A stretch of 63,424 nt of DNA, the filler included. It is 5 parts of 5 records of this genome, joined end to end, with 100 filler letters (N's around TTAATTAATTAA, not from the genome) between each part and the next. Parts side by side here need not be neighbours in the genome. Positions count along the whole stretch, not along the records: positions 38,583 to 52,667 come from SRR31156797_10218; 4 more parts are not named here. One strand, written 5' to 3'. Position 1 is the stretch's first letter; every line of letters starts with the position of its first letter. The position numbers were made by a program, and so were the translations under genes. Below are positions 38,690 to 49,106 of the stretch, piece after piece. The notes beneath the pieces are model-generated. The model ran no database searches. It was not told the origin of the DNA and saw nothing but the letters and a program-made list of their open reading frames with translations.

Positions 38690-39547
38690 TCAATCCACCA
38701 CCAGCACCATATATTTTGAATGCTGCCAGAATTCTTCGGTACGGGTAATTTCAAAGCTCACATACCGCTTTTCATCCTCGCCTTTTCGCATCAGGTAGGT
38801 ATCGGCAGGATGGTTCGTAACCAGAGAAACTTTTTTACCATCAATCGGGAAAATGGTTTTTTCACGGATATCGATTTCGGTAAATAAGCTCAGGTCAACA
38901 TCTGCATCCAGGGTTTTTACGGCGCCAATTCCAAGAATGCCACCTTCCTTGTCTATTACACCTTTTTCCTTCAGGTCTTTTTTCGAACCAATGATGTACC
39001 ATGCGGTATTCAATTCCTTTTCCTTCAGATCAATCATACGGCTTTGCTCCAGGTTTTCAAGCTTCAGGTCGGAAATAGATGAGTAGAGATCCTGCACCTC
39101 AAAGTTCAAATCCTCCAGTTGGCCTACCAATTCCATGATTTCCCGGTCTTTATCCTTGATCATGGTCTCCATATTGCCGATCATCCTTTGCAATTCATTG
39201 TTAGCACCTTTCGAGGACTTGAGTTTATTACTCAGGTTTTTAAGATTTTCCCTGTTTTTCTGCATCAGATCATCAATAGCACGAATATCACTTTTCACAG
39301 AGGCAACGCGATCACCGTTCTCATTTGAAGCCGAATTTTTAACGATCAATTTTTCCTTCATCCTCACCTGCGCCAGGTTTTCTTCAATTTCATTAAATAC
39401 CTGCATGAAGTTTTTAACATCTTCCTCGCGCTGATCGAGTTCCTTTTTCAGTTCTTCATTTTCCTGTTTAAGCTGCTCCATCTCTGCATTGTTGCAGGAT
39501 ACAGCAAATATCATTACCAAAAGAATTACCGGAATCAGATTTTTCAT
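38690..39547 (-). CDS. Coiled-coil lipoprotein (Bacteroidota Cbp1-like family)
   Basis: Lipobox FAVSC, a long coiled coil, and C-domain NTAWYIIGSKKDLKEKGVI...HP..Y...FW..SKY. Start set at MKNLI. Confidence 0.7.
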   Translation of the reverse strand: MKNLIPVILLVMIFAVSCNNAEMEQLKQENEELKKELDQREEDVKNFMQVFNEIEENLAQVRMKEKLIVKNSASNENGDRVASVKSDIRAIDDLMQKNRENLKNLSNKLKSSKGANNELQRMIGNMETMIKDKDREIMELVGQLEDLNFEVQDLYSSISDLKLENLEQSRMIDLKEKELNTAWYIIGSKKDLKEKGVIDKEGGILGIGAVKTLDADVDLSLFTEIDIREKTIFPIDGKKVSLVTNHPADTYLMRKGEDEKRYVSFEITRTEEFWQHSKYMVLVVD

Positions 39548-39694
39548 AGGTCGCATTTTAAATATTTTATAGTGAAGAACGTTAAGCATGGTAAAAAATT
39601 GATAATCCATAAAAACTTTAAATACCTTCTCCCTTTTTCAAAATCAGGTATCTTTGCAAACTTTTTTGGATAATATTTTAATAAACAATACATT

Positions 39695-40423
39695 ATGTTC
39701 ACTCAGAATAATCAAAATACTCTTGAGAACAGCTACCGACAGGTTGACAGCCTGGCGCTGAGCAAAACATTTTTAACCAATGTTTTCGGTTGGATGTTCC
39801 TGGGCTTACTGGCCACAGCCGGCACAGCATGGATTTTTGCCGATAATGCCGCATTAATGTCGCTGCTGATGAACGAATCGGGCATGACCACACTTGGCTG
39901 GATCGTCATGTTTGCACCATTTGGTTTTGTTCTGCTGATGGGTTTTGGATATCGAAAGTTATCATCATCGGCAATGGTAATTTTATTTGTGGTTTATTCC
40001 ATTTTGATGGGTATGAGCCTGAGTTTTATCTTCCTGATTTATGAACTTGGTTCTATTGCTATGACGTTCATGATAACTGCCGGGATGTTTGGAACCATGG
40101 CTTTTTTGGGATACACCACAAAAACCGACCTTACAAAATTTGGGTCTATTATGTTGATGGGGCTTATCGGCATCATCATTGCCAGTGTGGTTAATATGTT
40201 TTTAGGTTCATCAACACTGGATTATGTGATTAGCTTTTTAGGGGTACTAATCTTTACCGGCCTCACTGCATACGACGTTCAAAAATTAAAAAGAATAGGC
40301 AGTTCGGTTGAGGGTGCCAGTGAAGCCGGGCGTAAACTCACCATTATGGGCGCACTGACACTTTACCTCGATTTCATTAATTTATTTCTATTTTTGCTGC
40401 GCTTTTTAGGAAACCGAAGATAA
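39695..40423 (+). CDS. Bax inhibitor-1/YccA family membrane protein
   Basis: GYTTKTDLT, FTGLTAYDVQKLK and GALTLYLDFINLFL. Confidence 0.92.
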   Translation: MFTQNNQNTLENSYRQVDSLALSKTFLTNVFGWMFLGLLATAGTAWIFADNAALMSLLMNESGMTTLGWIVMFAPFGFVLLMGFGYRKLSSSAMVILFVVYSILMGMSLSFIFLIYELGSIAMTFMITAGMFGTMAFLGYTTKTDLTKFGSIMLMGLIGIIIASVVNMFLGSSTLDYVISFLGVLIFTGLTAYDVQKLKRIGSSVEGASEAGRKLTIMGALTLYLDFINLFLFLLRFLGNRR

Positions 40424-40435
40424 AACAATCAATTT

Positions 40436-41323
40436 ATGAAAGCATATGTGTTCCCCGGGCAGGGTGCTCAATTTGTTGGGATGGGCAAAGACCTTTACGA
40501 GAAGTATTCTGCGGCCAAAGAACTTTTTAAAAGTGCCAACAAAATTCTGGGATTCAAGATCACTGATCTCATGTTTGAAGGCACCGACGACGACCTGAAA
40601 CAAACCAAAGTTACGCAACCGGCAATTTTCCTGCATTCAGTTATTCTGGCAAAAATGCTTAAGGAAAACTTTAAGCCCGACATGGTGGCCGGCCATTCAT
40701 TGGGCGAATTTTCTGCTCTTGTTGCTAACAAATGCCTGACATTTGAGGACGGCCTGAAGCTGGTTTCCAAGCGTGCCATAGCTATGCAAAAAGCCTGCGA
40801 AATAGAGCCTTCAACCATGGCTGCTATTATCGGGCTTGAGGATGCTGTTGTGGAAAAAACACTCAAAGAAATTGAAGAAGTGGTGGTTCCGGCTAACTAT
40901 AACAGCCCCGGACAATTGGTAATTTCCGGCTCCATGGCTGGTATTGATGTTGCCTGCAATAAATTAAAAGAAACCGGTGCAAAGCGTGCGCTTCCTTTAA
41001 AAGTCGGCGGCGCATTCCACTCTCCCTTAATGGAACCTGCAAGGCTTGAGTTGGCCAAAGCCATCGAATCCACCAGATTCAGCCGGGGTGTATGCCCCAT
41101 TTATCAAAACGTAACTGCGCAACCGGTGAATGATCCGGAGATCATAAAATCAAACCTCATTGCACAATTAACTGCTCCGGTACGCTGGACCCAGATCATG
41201 AAAAACATGATTGCCGACGGTGCAAAAACGGTTGTGGAAGTAGGACCTGGAACAGTACTCCAGGGTTTATTTAAAAAAGTTGATCGCAAAATGGATGTGA
41301 GCAGCGCGGTGATAGTGGATTAA
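40436..41323 (+). CDS. fabD: Malonyl-CoA:ACP transacylase
   Basis: FPGQGAQ, TQPAI, GHSLGEF, ANYNSPGQ, GAFHS and EVGPG. Confidence 0.97.
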   Translation: MKAYVFPGQGAQFVGMGKDLYEKYSAAKELFKSANKILGFKITDLMFEGTDDDLKQTKVTQPAIFLHSVILAKMLKENFKPDMVAGHSLGEFSALVANKCLTFEDGLKLVSKRAIAMQKACEIEPSTMAAIIGLEDAVVEKTLKEIEEVVVPANYNSPGQLVISGSMAGIDVACNKLKETGAKRALPLKVGGAFHSPLMEPARLELAKAIESTRFSRGVCPIYQNVTAQPVNDPEIIKSNLIAQLTAPVRWTQIMKNMIADGAKTVVEVGPGTVLQGLFKKVDRKMDVSSAVIVD

Positions 41324-41348
41324 CAGATAATGACGTACATATTCAAAT

Positions 41349-41382
41349 AAAAAACAGCGAAGTTGTTACTTCGCTGTTTTTT
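41349..41382. terminator. Bidirectional terminator
   Basis: AAAAAACAGCGAAGT-TGTT-ACTTCGCTGTTTTTT between convergent genes. Confidence 0.8.
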
Positions 41383-41445
41383 TTATGTCCCTGAAATGGA
41401 TTCGGTTTATCAATTTCCTTTGAATCCATGGAAATATTAGCTTCT

Positions 41446-42192
41446 CTACAAAGTATGATTTTTCAGATTTCCAGAGTCAATCAATTTTTGCAGGTATTTT
41501 TCGTAACGCGCATTTCGCAGCGCTTCAAGATAATGCTGATTGTGCATATCACTGGCTGCAAGATCAACCATCCCCTTATCAATAAATTTCTCGGCCATCT
41601 TTTTTACCTCATCCGAATAATATCCGGTAAGCGAATTGATGTTAATTTGAAACAATATCCCTCTGTCTTTAATCTCCTCGTATTTCCTGAAGTTCCTGAA
41701 AAAATAGGAATATCGCTCGGGATGGGCCAAAATAATGTTGTAACCTTCAATTTGCAGGTCAAACATGTATTGCTGCCAGTTGGGATGTTCGTTAAAATAT
41801 GAAAACTCGATCAATAGGTGCTTTTTACCAAAAGTGAGCAGGTTGCCTGACTTGTACTTTTCTTCAAACTTATCATCAATCAGGTACTCAGCAGCAGCTT
41901 CCATTTCCATCCGGATGTTTTGCTTTTTCAGCTCCCTTTTCACACGCTCCAGTCCGGACAATATGGTTTCCGGCGAATTTTGATAAAATTCACCCTGGAT
42001 ATGTGGGGTGGTGATGAGTTTTTTGTAGCCCATCTCATTCATACCTTTGATCAATTCGATAGATGTTTCGATGGAATCAGAACCGTCGTCGATGCCCGGG
42101 ATCAGGTGAGAGTGCATGTCTGTGCCTATTAATCCCATATCAATTGGCTCGGAAAGCTTGCCGGAGGAAAACAGATTTTTAAACAATCCCAT
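41446..42192 (-). CDS. PHP-family protein-tyrosine phosphatase (CpsB/CapC/YwqE-like)
   Basis: DMHSHLIPGIDDG, TTPH, AHPERY and SDMH. Confidence 0.9.
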   Translation of the reverse strand: MGLFKNLFSSGKLSEPIDMGLIGTDMHSHLIPGIDDGSDSIETSIELIKGMNEMGYKKLITTPHIQGEFYQNSPETILSGLERVKRELKKQNIRMEMEAAAEYLIDDKFEEKYKSGNLLTFGKKHLLIEFSYFNEHPNWQQYMFDLQIEGYNIILAHPERYSYFFRNFRKYEEIKDRGILFQININSLTGYYSDEVKKMAEKFIDKGMVDLAASDMHNQHYLEALRNARYEKYLQKLIDSGNLKNHTL

Positions 42193-42281
42193 TTTTGATT
42201 ATTTCTTGCAATGATACAATTTGCACTGGCAATCCGAATGTTAAATGATTCAAAAATAGATTTTATGACAAACCCCTACCA

Positions 42282-43529
42282 TTAGCTTTCAGACCTGAGC
42301 AGTTGACTTATATAATCCAATACAATAGAAGTCGCACCTCTTTTTTCGTCGACATAGCTTTTACAAATCCGGCTGGTTTCATCAAGAAAACCTTTGTCAT
42401 TAATCAGCTTTTCGGAAATGCTTCTAAACTCAGGTCCCGATTTTACTGCATATGCTCCCTTCCTGGTGATCAGTTCGCGGGCTTCCTGAAATTTCTGGTA
42501 ATTGGGGCCAAATATAACCGGCAATCCAAATGTAGCAGCTTCGAGGATATTGTGAATACCCACACCAAAACCACCACCGATGTGGGCAAGATCACCGTAC
42601 TGGTAAAGATGTGACAAAATGCCAATGTTATCGATAACAATCACCGTAGCAAACTCCACATTAGCCTCATTAATTTCTGAAAATCGCAGGCTGCCTTTCA
42701 GCAACTTATTCATCAGTTCGTCGATACGGTTATGATGTACTTCGTGAGGTGCGATGATGAATTTTACACCTTTAGGCTTGCCGGCCATGAGATCCAGGAT
42801 AAATTCCTCATCCGGCGGCCAGGTGGAGCCGGCAATAAAAATGCGATTTGCCCCTTTGAACTTTTCAATTAAAGGAAATGGTTTGGCATTGCCGGCAATT
42901 TGTGAAACCCTGTCGAATCGGGTGTCTCCACTTAAAGTAACCTGGCTAATGCCGTGAATAACCAATAATTTTCTCGATGTTTCATTTTGTACAAAAAAGT
43001 GATCAAACCCCCTTAGCATTTTGAGCTGCCACCCGCCATACCATCTGAAAAATCGCTGCCCGGGCCTGAATATCGATGATACACCAATTACCGGGATTTG
43101 TCTCCTTTTTAATTGTCTGATGTAGTTAAACCAATATTCATATTTGATGAAAACGGCAATATCAGGATTTGTTAACTCCAGGAATTTGTTGGCATTTGAT
43201 GTTGTATCAATGGGCAGATAAAAAATGTAATCGGCACCATCATAATTTTTTCTGACCTCAAATCCTGATGGCGAGAAAAAAGTGACCAGGATTTTAAAAT
43301 CCGGAAACCTTTCCTTAAATCCCTCAATTACGGGCCTTCCCTGTTCAAACTCCCCAAGCGAAGCACAATGAAACCATGCTAATGGTTTTTCCCTGCTGAC
43401 CTGCTTCCTGATTTTCCGGAAAATTCCTTTTCTACCCTCTACCCATAGTTTTGCTTTTGGATTGAACAAACTAACAAGCCGAATCAGAAAGCCGTAAAAA
43501 TGGATGATGATGTTGTAAATCAGTGTCAA
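42282..43529 (-). CDS. waaA: 3-deoxy-D-manno-octulosonic acid transferase
   Basis: WFHCASLGEFEQ, GDTRFD, AGSTW and HNILEAA..G.PVIFGP. Confidence 0.93.
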   Translation of the reverse strand: MTLIYNIIIHFYGFLIRLVSLFNPKAKLWVEGRKGIFRKIRKQVSREKPLAWFHCASLGEFEQGRPVIEGFKERFPDFKILVTFFSPSGFEVRKNYDGADYIFYLPIDTTSNANKFLELTNPDIAVFIKYEYWFNYIRQLKRRQIPVIGVSSIFRPGQRFFRWYGGWQLKMLRGFDHFFVQNETSRKLLVIHGISQVTLSGDTRFDRVSQIAGNAKPFPLIEKFKGANRIFIAGSTWPPDEEFILDLMAGKPKGVKFIIAPHEVHHNRIDELMNKLLKGSLRFSEINEANVEFATVIVIDNIGILSHLYQYGDLAHIGGGFGVGIHNILEAATFGLPVIFGPNYQKFQEARELITRKGAYAVKSGPEFRSISEKLINDKGFLDETSRICKSYVDEKRGATSIVLDYISQLLRSES

Positions 43530-43744
43530 AAGGAAGAAGGTATTGATTTATTTAGAATATTGATGGTTATTCGTGGTCATTTTTATTCCTCCGAAGTTTT
43601 TGTGAAAGAGGAGTCGTTGATGATTTTGGTTGTCGTCGTTGTCAAGTTGTCATAGTTATCAAATTGTAATCATTGCCTCAAAGATAACATACAACTCTAT
43701 GAACTTTAGGCATTCTATGAACTCAAGTCACTTTATCAAAACTC

Positions 43745-44521
43745 CTAAAAATAATAAAAATCATCCGGCTCCCGCTTGTTGAATGGAATAACCCATCCAA
43801 CCTTTATCCCGCCAAGGAAATCAAAACGGTCTTTATCATCGCGCCTCATGGTATCAAAATCCATCGACCTGCGATTTTTGGTCCATGCCTGCACAAACTC
43901 AGCACCTATAAAAAAGTTGGCCAGTCTGGTTTTCCCGACATGCATGTACCCCACAAACTGCGAGGCGGAAAAACCATTTGTATAGCGATCGTACCCTTTT
44001 CTATAATCACCTTTTAAGGGTGATGCCGCTTTGTTTTTAACCTCAATATGGATTCTGTGCTGCATATATCCCGCACCTGCCATAAACAAAATACCTGAAT
44101 TCAGGTTCTTATCAGATAATGGAATCAATTTTCCAATTCGGCCCTGTGTATAAAACCCACGTTCAAAAAACGAAATTTCAGCATAATGTCCCTGGTCGTC
44201 AATCACAAAACCATCTGTGTTTATCAGATTTTGAATCAGGCTATCCTCTTTGATCTTGTTACCAAACAAAAAGTTGATATCGGCATTAAAGATCCAGTTG
44301 GAGGCCGATTTATAAAAAACTCCCGGCCCAATTGTTGAGTTGGTACCAAACCTGTCGGCCATATCACCTCCTGGCCATTGAAACGAGTATGCAGGATAAA
44401 TCGCCCACATGGCCTCCGGTTTTGTATCATTTTCAGTAGTTTGTGTAAAGCCTGATGTGCCAATCAATAGCACTATGGTAAAAAATGCTAAAAATTTCAT
44501 TCTCATGATCATGATTTTCAA
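43745..44521 (-). CDS. Exported hypothetical protein, probable outer-membrane beta-barrel
   Basis: Signal peptide, alternating amphipathic strands and an aromatic C-terminus FYYF. The start may be a few codons downstream. Confidence 0.65.
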   Translation of the reverse strand: MKIMIMRMKFLAFFTIVLLIGTSGFTQTTENDTKPEAMWAIYPAYSFQWPGGDMADRFGTNSTIGPGVFYKSASNWIFNADINFLFGNKIKEDSLIQNLINTDGFVIDDQGHYAEISFFERGFYTQGRIGKLIPLSDKNLNSGILFMAGAGYMQHRIHIEVKNKAASPLKGDYRKGYDRYTNGFSASQFVGYMHVGKTRLANFFIGAEFVQAWTKNRRSMDFDTMRRDDKDRFDFLGGIKVGWVIPFNKREPDDFYYF

Positions 44522-44696
44522 AACGCAAAAATAGATAAATACGTATGAAAAGACTGATTAGTAAATAATTTCATAAGACCTGTTAAATAATTAACAATAA
44601 CTCACCGGTCGATTGATAACAGTTGGAAAATTTGAACTTAATTATACCTTTGTCCGCCAATTAATTTATATCAAAAAACTCAACAATTTTCTGCGA

Positions 44697-45827
44697 ATGA
44701 ACGAGATAAGAATGGTTGACCTGAAAGGTCAGTATGAAAAAATTAAACCTGAGATCGACAAGGCTATTCATGATGTGATCGATTCGACAGCATTCATCAA
44801 TGGTCCGGCAGTTCATGATTTCCAGTCTGATATGGAAAAGTACCTGAACGTCAAGCACGTAATTCCCTGTGCAAACGGAACCGATGCACTTCAGGTAGCC
44901 ATGATGGGACTCGGGCTTAAACCAGGCGACGAGGTGATCACAACATCATTCACCTTTATAGCAACAGCAGAAGTAATTGCACTGCTCGGCCTTACCCCGG
45001 TTTTGGTAGATGTTGACCCTGATACGTTTAATATCGATCCCGAGGCGGTTAAAAAGGCCATAACACCAAAGACAAAGGCCATCGTTCCAGTTCACTTGTT
45101 CGGACAATGCGCCGATATGGAATCCATTATGGACATCGCCGAAAATCATGACCTGTTTGTAATTGAAGACACTTGCCAGGCTATAGGTGCAGATTATAAA
45201 TTTAAAAACGGAACCGTAAAAAAAGCAGGTACAATCGGGCATGTGGCCGGTGTATCATTTTTCCCATCAAAAAACCTGGGGTGTTATGGTGATGGTGGTG
45301 CGATTTTTACAAATGATGATGAGTTGGCCAACCAAATGCGCGTGGTTGTAAACCACGGAATGGTTGTACGCTACTACCACGACTATATTGGTGTGAATTC
45401 CCGCCTCGACAGCATACAGGCTGCAGTTCTCAAAGTAAAACTTGAACGACTCGATGAATATGCCGAGGCTCGCCAAAAAGCAGCGGAATATTATAACAAG
45501 GCATTTGCAAACCATCCCAAATTAAAAACACCTGAAACAGCAAGCAATTCAACGCATGTTTTTCATCAATACACACTGGTTACAAGCGATTTGGACAGGG
45601 ATGCCATGCAAAAATTCCTGATGGACAAAAAAGTTCCGGCCATGATCTATTACCCGGTTCCGATGCACATGCAGAAAGCTTACCAGGACCCAAGGTATAA
45701 AGAAGGTGACTTTCCCGTTACAGAAGATTTATCAAAACGAGTAATTTCGCTGCCCATGCATACCGAACTGGATGATGAACAACTTGAATTCATCACTTCG
45801 GCGGTACTGGAATTTGCAAACAAATAG
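44697..45827 (+). CDS. DegT/DnrJ/EryC1/StrS sugar aminotransferase (WbpE-like)
   Basis: [29 protein letters not shown] and NSRLD. Start reset to MNEIRMVDL. Confidence 0.92.
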   Translation: MNEIRMVDLKGQYEKIKPEIDKAIHDVIDSTAFINGPAVHDFQSDMEKYLNVKHVIPCANGTDALQVAMMGLGLKPGDEVITTSFTFIATAEVIALLGLTPVLVDVDPDTFNIDPEAVKKAITPKTKAIVPVHLFGQCADMESIMDIAENHDLFVIEDTCQAIGADYKFKNGTVKKAGTIGHVAGVSFFPSKNLGCYGDGGAIFTNDDELANQMRVVVNHGMVVRYYHDYIGVNSRLDSIQAAVLKVKLERLDEYAEARQKAAEYYNKAFANHPKLKTPETASNSTHVFHQYTLVTSDLDRDAMQKFLMDKKVPAMIYYPVPMHMQKAYQDPRYKEGDFPVTEDLSKRVISLPMHTELDDEQLEFITSAVLEFANK

Positions 45828-45835
45828 CGTTTAAA

Positions 45836-46423
45836 ATGGAAAAAGCATATTTTGCCCATGAAACTGCCGTAATTGATGAAGGCTGCGATATTGGAAAAGG
45901 AACCAAAATCTGGCATTTCTCACACATCATGAAAAACTGCAAACTCGGCGAAAATTGTAACATCGGCCAGAATGTAGTGGTATCTCCTGAAGTAGAGCTG
46001 GGTAAAAATGTAAAGGTACAGAACAATATATCAATTTACACTGGTGTAATTTGCGAGGATGATGTTTTTCTGGGTCCATCCATGGTTTTCACAAACATCA
46101 CCAATCCCCGCAGCGCTGTGGTACGTAAAGGAAGTTACGAAAAAACCACGGTAAAGCGTGGTGCTTCTATTGGTGCAAATGCTACAATCGTATGTGGCCA
46201 TGACATAGGCGAATTCGCTTTCATTGGTGCCGGCACGGTTGTCACCAAACATGTTCCCGCCTACGCACTGGTTGTTGGAAATCCCGGACGACAAATTGGC
46301 TGGATGAGTGAATTTGGCCACCGGCTCAATTTTGATAAAAACGGAATTGCCGAATGCCCGGAGAGCAAAGAGAGATACGAATTGATTGATGGGAGGGTAA
46401 GAAAAGCAAGTAGTAGGAAGTAA
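45836..46423 (+). CDS. Hexapeptide-repeat N-acetyltransferase (WbpD/WlbB-like)
   Basis: [31 protein letters not shown] and VGNP. Confidence 0.88.
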   Translation: MEKAYFAHETAVIDEGCDIGKGTKIWHFSHIMKNCKLGENCNIGQNVVVSPEVELGKNVKVQNNISIYTGVICEDDVFLGPSMVFTNITNPRSAVVRKGSYEKTTVKRGASIGANATIVCGHDIGEFAFIGAGTVVTKHVPAYALVVGNPGRQIGWMSEFGHRLNFDKNGIAECPESKERYELIDGRVRKASSRK

Positions 46424-46519
46424 GTAGTTTTTAGCAGGATAGATCAGACAAAAAACACATTACATCATTCAATAACTTAATATCGATTAACTTAATTATC
46501 AAATAACTTTTTCCCCAAG

Positions 46520-47815
46520 ATGACTTTATACGATAAAATAGTCAAGAAAGAAGAAAAGATTTCCCTGATTGGATTGGGATATGTGGGATTACCCATTGCT
46601 TTGGAATTTGCCAGAAAAGTTCCGGTTATCGGTTTTGATATCAAACCTGAACGGGTTGAAATGATGAAAAACGGAATCGACCCCAGCGAAGAACTTAATA
46701 AAGAAGCCTTCGATGGTTGTGACATTATATTCACTTGCGATCCCGAAGACCTGAAAGGCGCTTCGTTCCACATTGTGGCCGTCCCCACACCAATCGACGA
46801 CAGCAATATGCCTGACCTGACTCCATTGATCGCTGCCACAAAAACCGTTGGCAACGTGCTCAAGAAAGGCGATTATGTGGTATATGAATCTACAGTTTAT
46901 CCCGGAGCCACCGAAGAAGACTGCATTCCGCTCCTTGAGGAACTTTCAGGATTAAAATGTAATGAAGATTTCAAGGTTGGTTTTTCGCCTGAAAGGATCA
47001 ATCCCGGTGATAAAGTGCATACACTGGCTACCATTACTAAAGTGGTTTCTGGTTCGGATGAAGAATCACTGGATGTGATTGCCAAAACGTATGAGCTGGT
47101 AGTTCAGGCCGGTGTTCACAAAGCCCCTACCATCAAAGTTGCTGAAGCTGCCAAGATCATCGAAAACACCCAGCGTGATGTAAACATCGCCCTGATGAAT
47201 GAACTGTCAGTAATTTTTAACCGAATGGGTATCAACACTTTCGATGTACTGGAAGCTGCCGGAACAAAGTGGAACTTCCTGAACTTTTACCCTGGTTTGG
47301 TTGGCGGACACTGCATTGGTGTTGACCCGTATTACCTGGCGTATAAAGCCAAAAAATTCAAATACCACCCGCAAATCATCAATTCAGGCCGTGCCGTAAA
47401 TGATTCCATGGGATTTTATGTGGCCAAGCAGCTGGTAAAAAAACTGATTGCAGCCAAAAAGCATATCTCCGAATCACGCGTCCTGATTATGGGTGTTACT
47501 TTTAAGGAAAATGTTGCCGACATTCGCAATTCAAGGGTGCCGGATATTATTTGCGAATTAAAATCCTACGGCCTTACACTGGATGTTGTTGATCCTTATG
47601 CCAACAATAAGGAAGTTGAACATGAATATGGCTTTTCACTGGTCGAAAATATTCATGAAAAGTATGATGCAGTTGTTGTGGCAGTTAGCCACGACGAATA
47701 TTCAAACCTCACAGAGGAATACTTTAAAAAACTAAGCAAAGTTGATGGTATTGTATTCGATATTAAAGGAATTTACAGGAATAAGATCAAGGATTTAAGC
47801 TATTGGAGCCTGTAA
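46520..47815 (+). CDS. UDP-N-acetylhexosamine 6-dehydrogenase (TviB/WbpO/WbpA family)
   Basis: GLGYVGLP, YESTVYPG, SPERINPG, AKIIENTQRD, GGHCIGVDP and FKENVADIRNS. Confidence 0.92.
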   Translation: MTLYDKIVKKEEKISLIGLGYVGLPIALEFARKVPVIGFDIKPERVEMMKNGIDPSEELNKEAFDGCDIIFTCDPEDLKGASFHIVAVPTPIDDSNMPDLTPLIAATKTVGNVLKKGDYVVYESTVYPGATEEDCIPLLEELSGLKCNEDFKVGFSPERINPGDKVHTLATITKVVSGSDEESLDVIAKTYELVVQAGVHKAPTIKVAEAAKIIENTQRDVNIALMNELSVIFNRMGINTFDVLEAAGTKWNFLNFYPGLVGGHCIGVDPYYLAYKAKKFKYHPQIINSGRAVNDSMGFYVAKQLVKKLIAAKKHISESRVLIMGVTFKENVADIRNSRVPDIICELKSYGLTLDVVDPYANNKEVEHEYGFSLVENIHEKYDAVVVAVSHDEYSNLTEEYFKKLSKVDGIVFDIKGIYRNKIKDLSYWSL

Positions 47816-47840
47816 CCTATCCAAAAATATTCCAATATTT

Positions 47841-47874
47841 AAAACCAGGAAATTCCGATTTCTTGGTTTTTTTG
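47841..47874 (+). terminator. Intrinsic terminator
   Basis: AAAACCAGGAAAT-TCCG-ATTTCTTGGTTTTTT. Confidence 0.65.
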
Positions 47875-47954
47875 TAAATACGGGTTACTTTTGGGAACAG
47901 TATCCCCTTTCAAATTACAAATCAGAATCTAAATCACAATTAAATCTAATACAT

Positions 47955-48983
47955 ATGAGCAAAATATTGGTAACAGGCGGAACAGGTTATATTGGCTCCC
48001 ATACCGTGGTTGAATTACAGGAAAAAGGCCATGAGGTGATCATCGTTGACAACCTCTCCAATTCTCAAATAGACGTACTGGATAATATTACATCCATTAC
48101 CGGAATAAAACCGGGATTTGAGAATTTCAATCTATTCGATCGGGAGAAAACCCTGGATTTTTTCAGCAGGCATAATGATATTGACGCTATAATCCACTTT
48201 GCTGCATATAAAGCTGTTGGTGAATCTGTTGAAAAACCATTGATGTATTACCACAACAACATTTTTTCGCTGGTAAATATCCTTGATGGAATGATCGCAA
48301 ATGATATCGATACCATTGTATTTTCTTCGTCCTGCACGGTTTACGGCCAACCTGACAAATTACCCGTAAGTGAAAACGCGCCTATCAAAAAGGCCATGTC
48401 GCCTTATGGAAACACCAAGCAGATTTCAGAAGAGGTCATCACTGACACCGTAAATTCATCGAAAGTAAAAGCCATTCTCTTGCGCTATTTCAACCCAATC
48501 GGCGCCCACGAAAGTGCTAAAATTGGTGAGCTGCCGCTGGGTGTTCCCAACAACCTCGTACCTTTTATCACACAAACGGCCATTGGCATTCGTGAACAAC
48601 TAAAAGTATTTGGTGACGACTACGATACTCCGGACGGCACACCGATCCGCGATTACATTCATGTGGTTGACCTTGCCAAGGCGCATGTCATAGCCGTAAG
48701 CCGCATGCTGGAAGGCAAAAACAAAAAGACCCTTGAGATATTTAACCTGGGAACCGGAAACGGTTATTCCGTTTTGGAGGTAATCAACAGTTTTGAAAAA
48801 GTTACCGGTGAAAAACTCAACTACAAAATCGTTGACCGTCGCCCCGGCGATGTTACCGAAGTGTGGGCCGACACCAAATTCGCCAACGAAGAGCTGGGCT
48901 GGAAAGCCGAGAAAGGCATAGATGAGATGAACAAATCCGCCTGGAAATGGGAGAAGGCTCTGGCGGAGAAAAAGGGGAAATAG
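47955..48983 (+). CDS. galE: UDP-glucose 4-epimerase
   Basis: VTGGTGYIGSH, HFAAYKAVGES, YGNTK, LRYFNPIGAH and RDYIHV. Confidence 0.95.
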   Translation: MSKILVTGGTGYIGSHTVVELQEKGHEVIIVDNLSNSQIDVLDNITSITGIKPGFENFNLFDREKTLDFFSRHNDIDAIIHFAAYKAVGESVEKPLMYYHNNIFSLVNILDGMIANDIDTIVFSSSCTVYGQPDKLPVSENAPIKKAMSPYGNTKQISEEVITDTVNSSKVKAILLRYFNPIGAHESAKIGELPLGVPNNLVPFITQTAIGIREQLKVFGDDYDTPDGTPIRDYIHVVDLAKAHVIAVSRMLEGKNKKTLEIFNLGTGNGYSVLEVINSFEKVTGEKLNYKIVDRRPGDVTEVWADTKFANEELGWKAEKGIDEMNKSAWKWEKALAEKKGK

Positions 48984-49106
48984 TCTGCCTGCGGCGAGAT
49001 AAGTTATTCGTTAATCGTTATTGGTTATTTTCGTATTGGATATATTTGATTTTGATACGATTAACCGAAATTAGGAAATTATTAAACTAAAATAAATACC
49101 AGAAAT

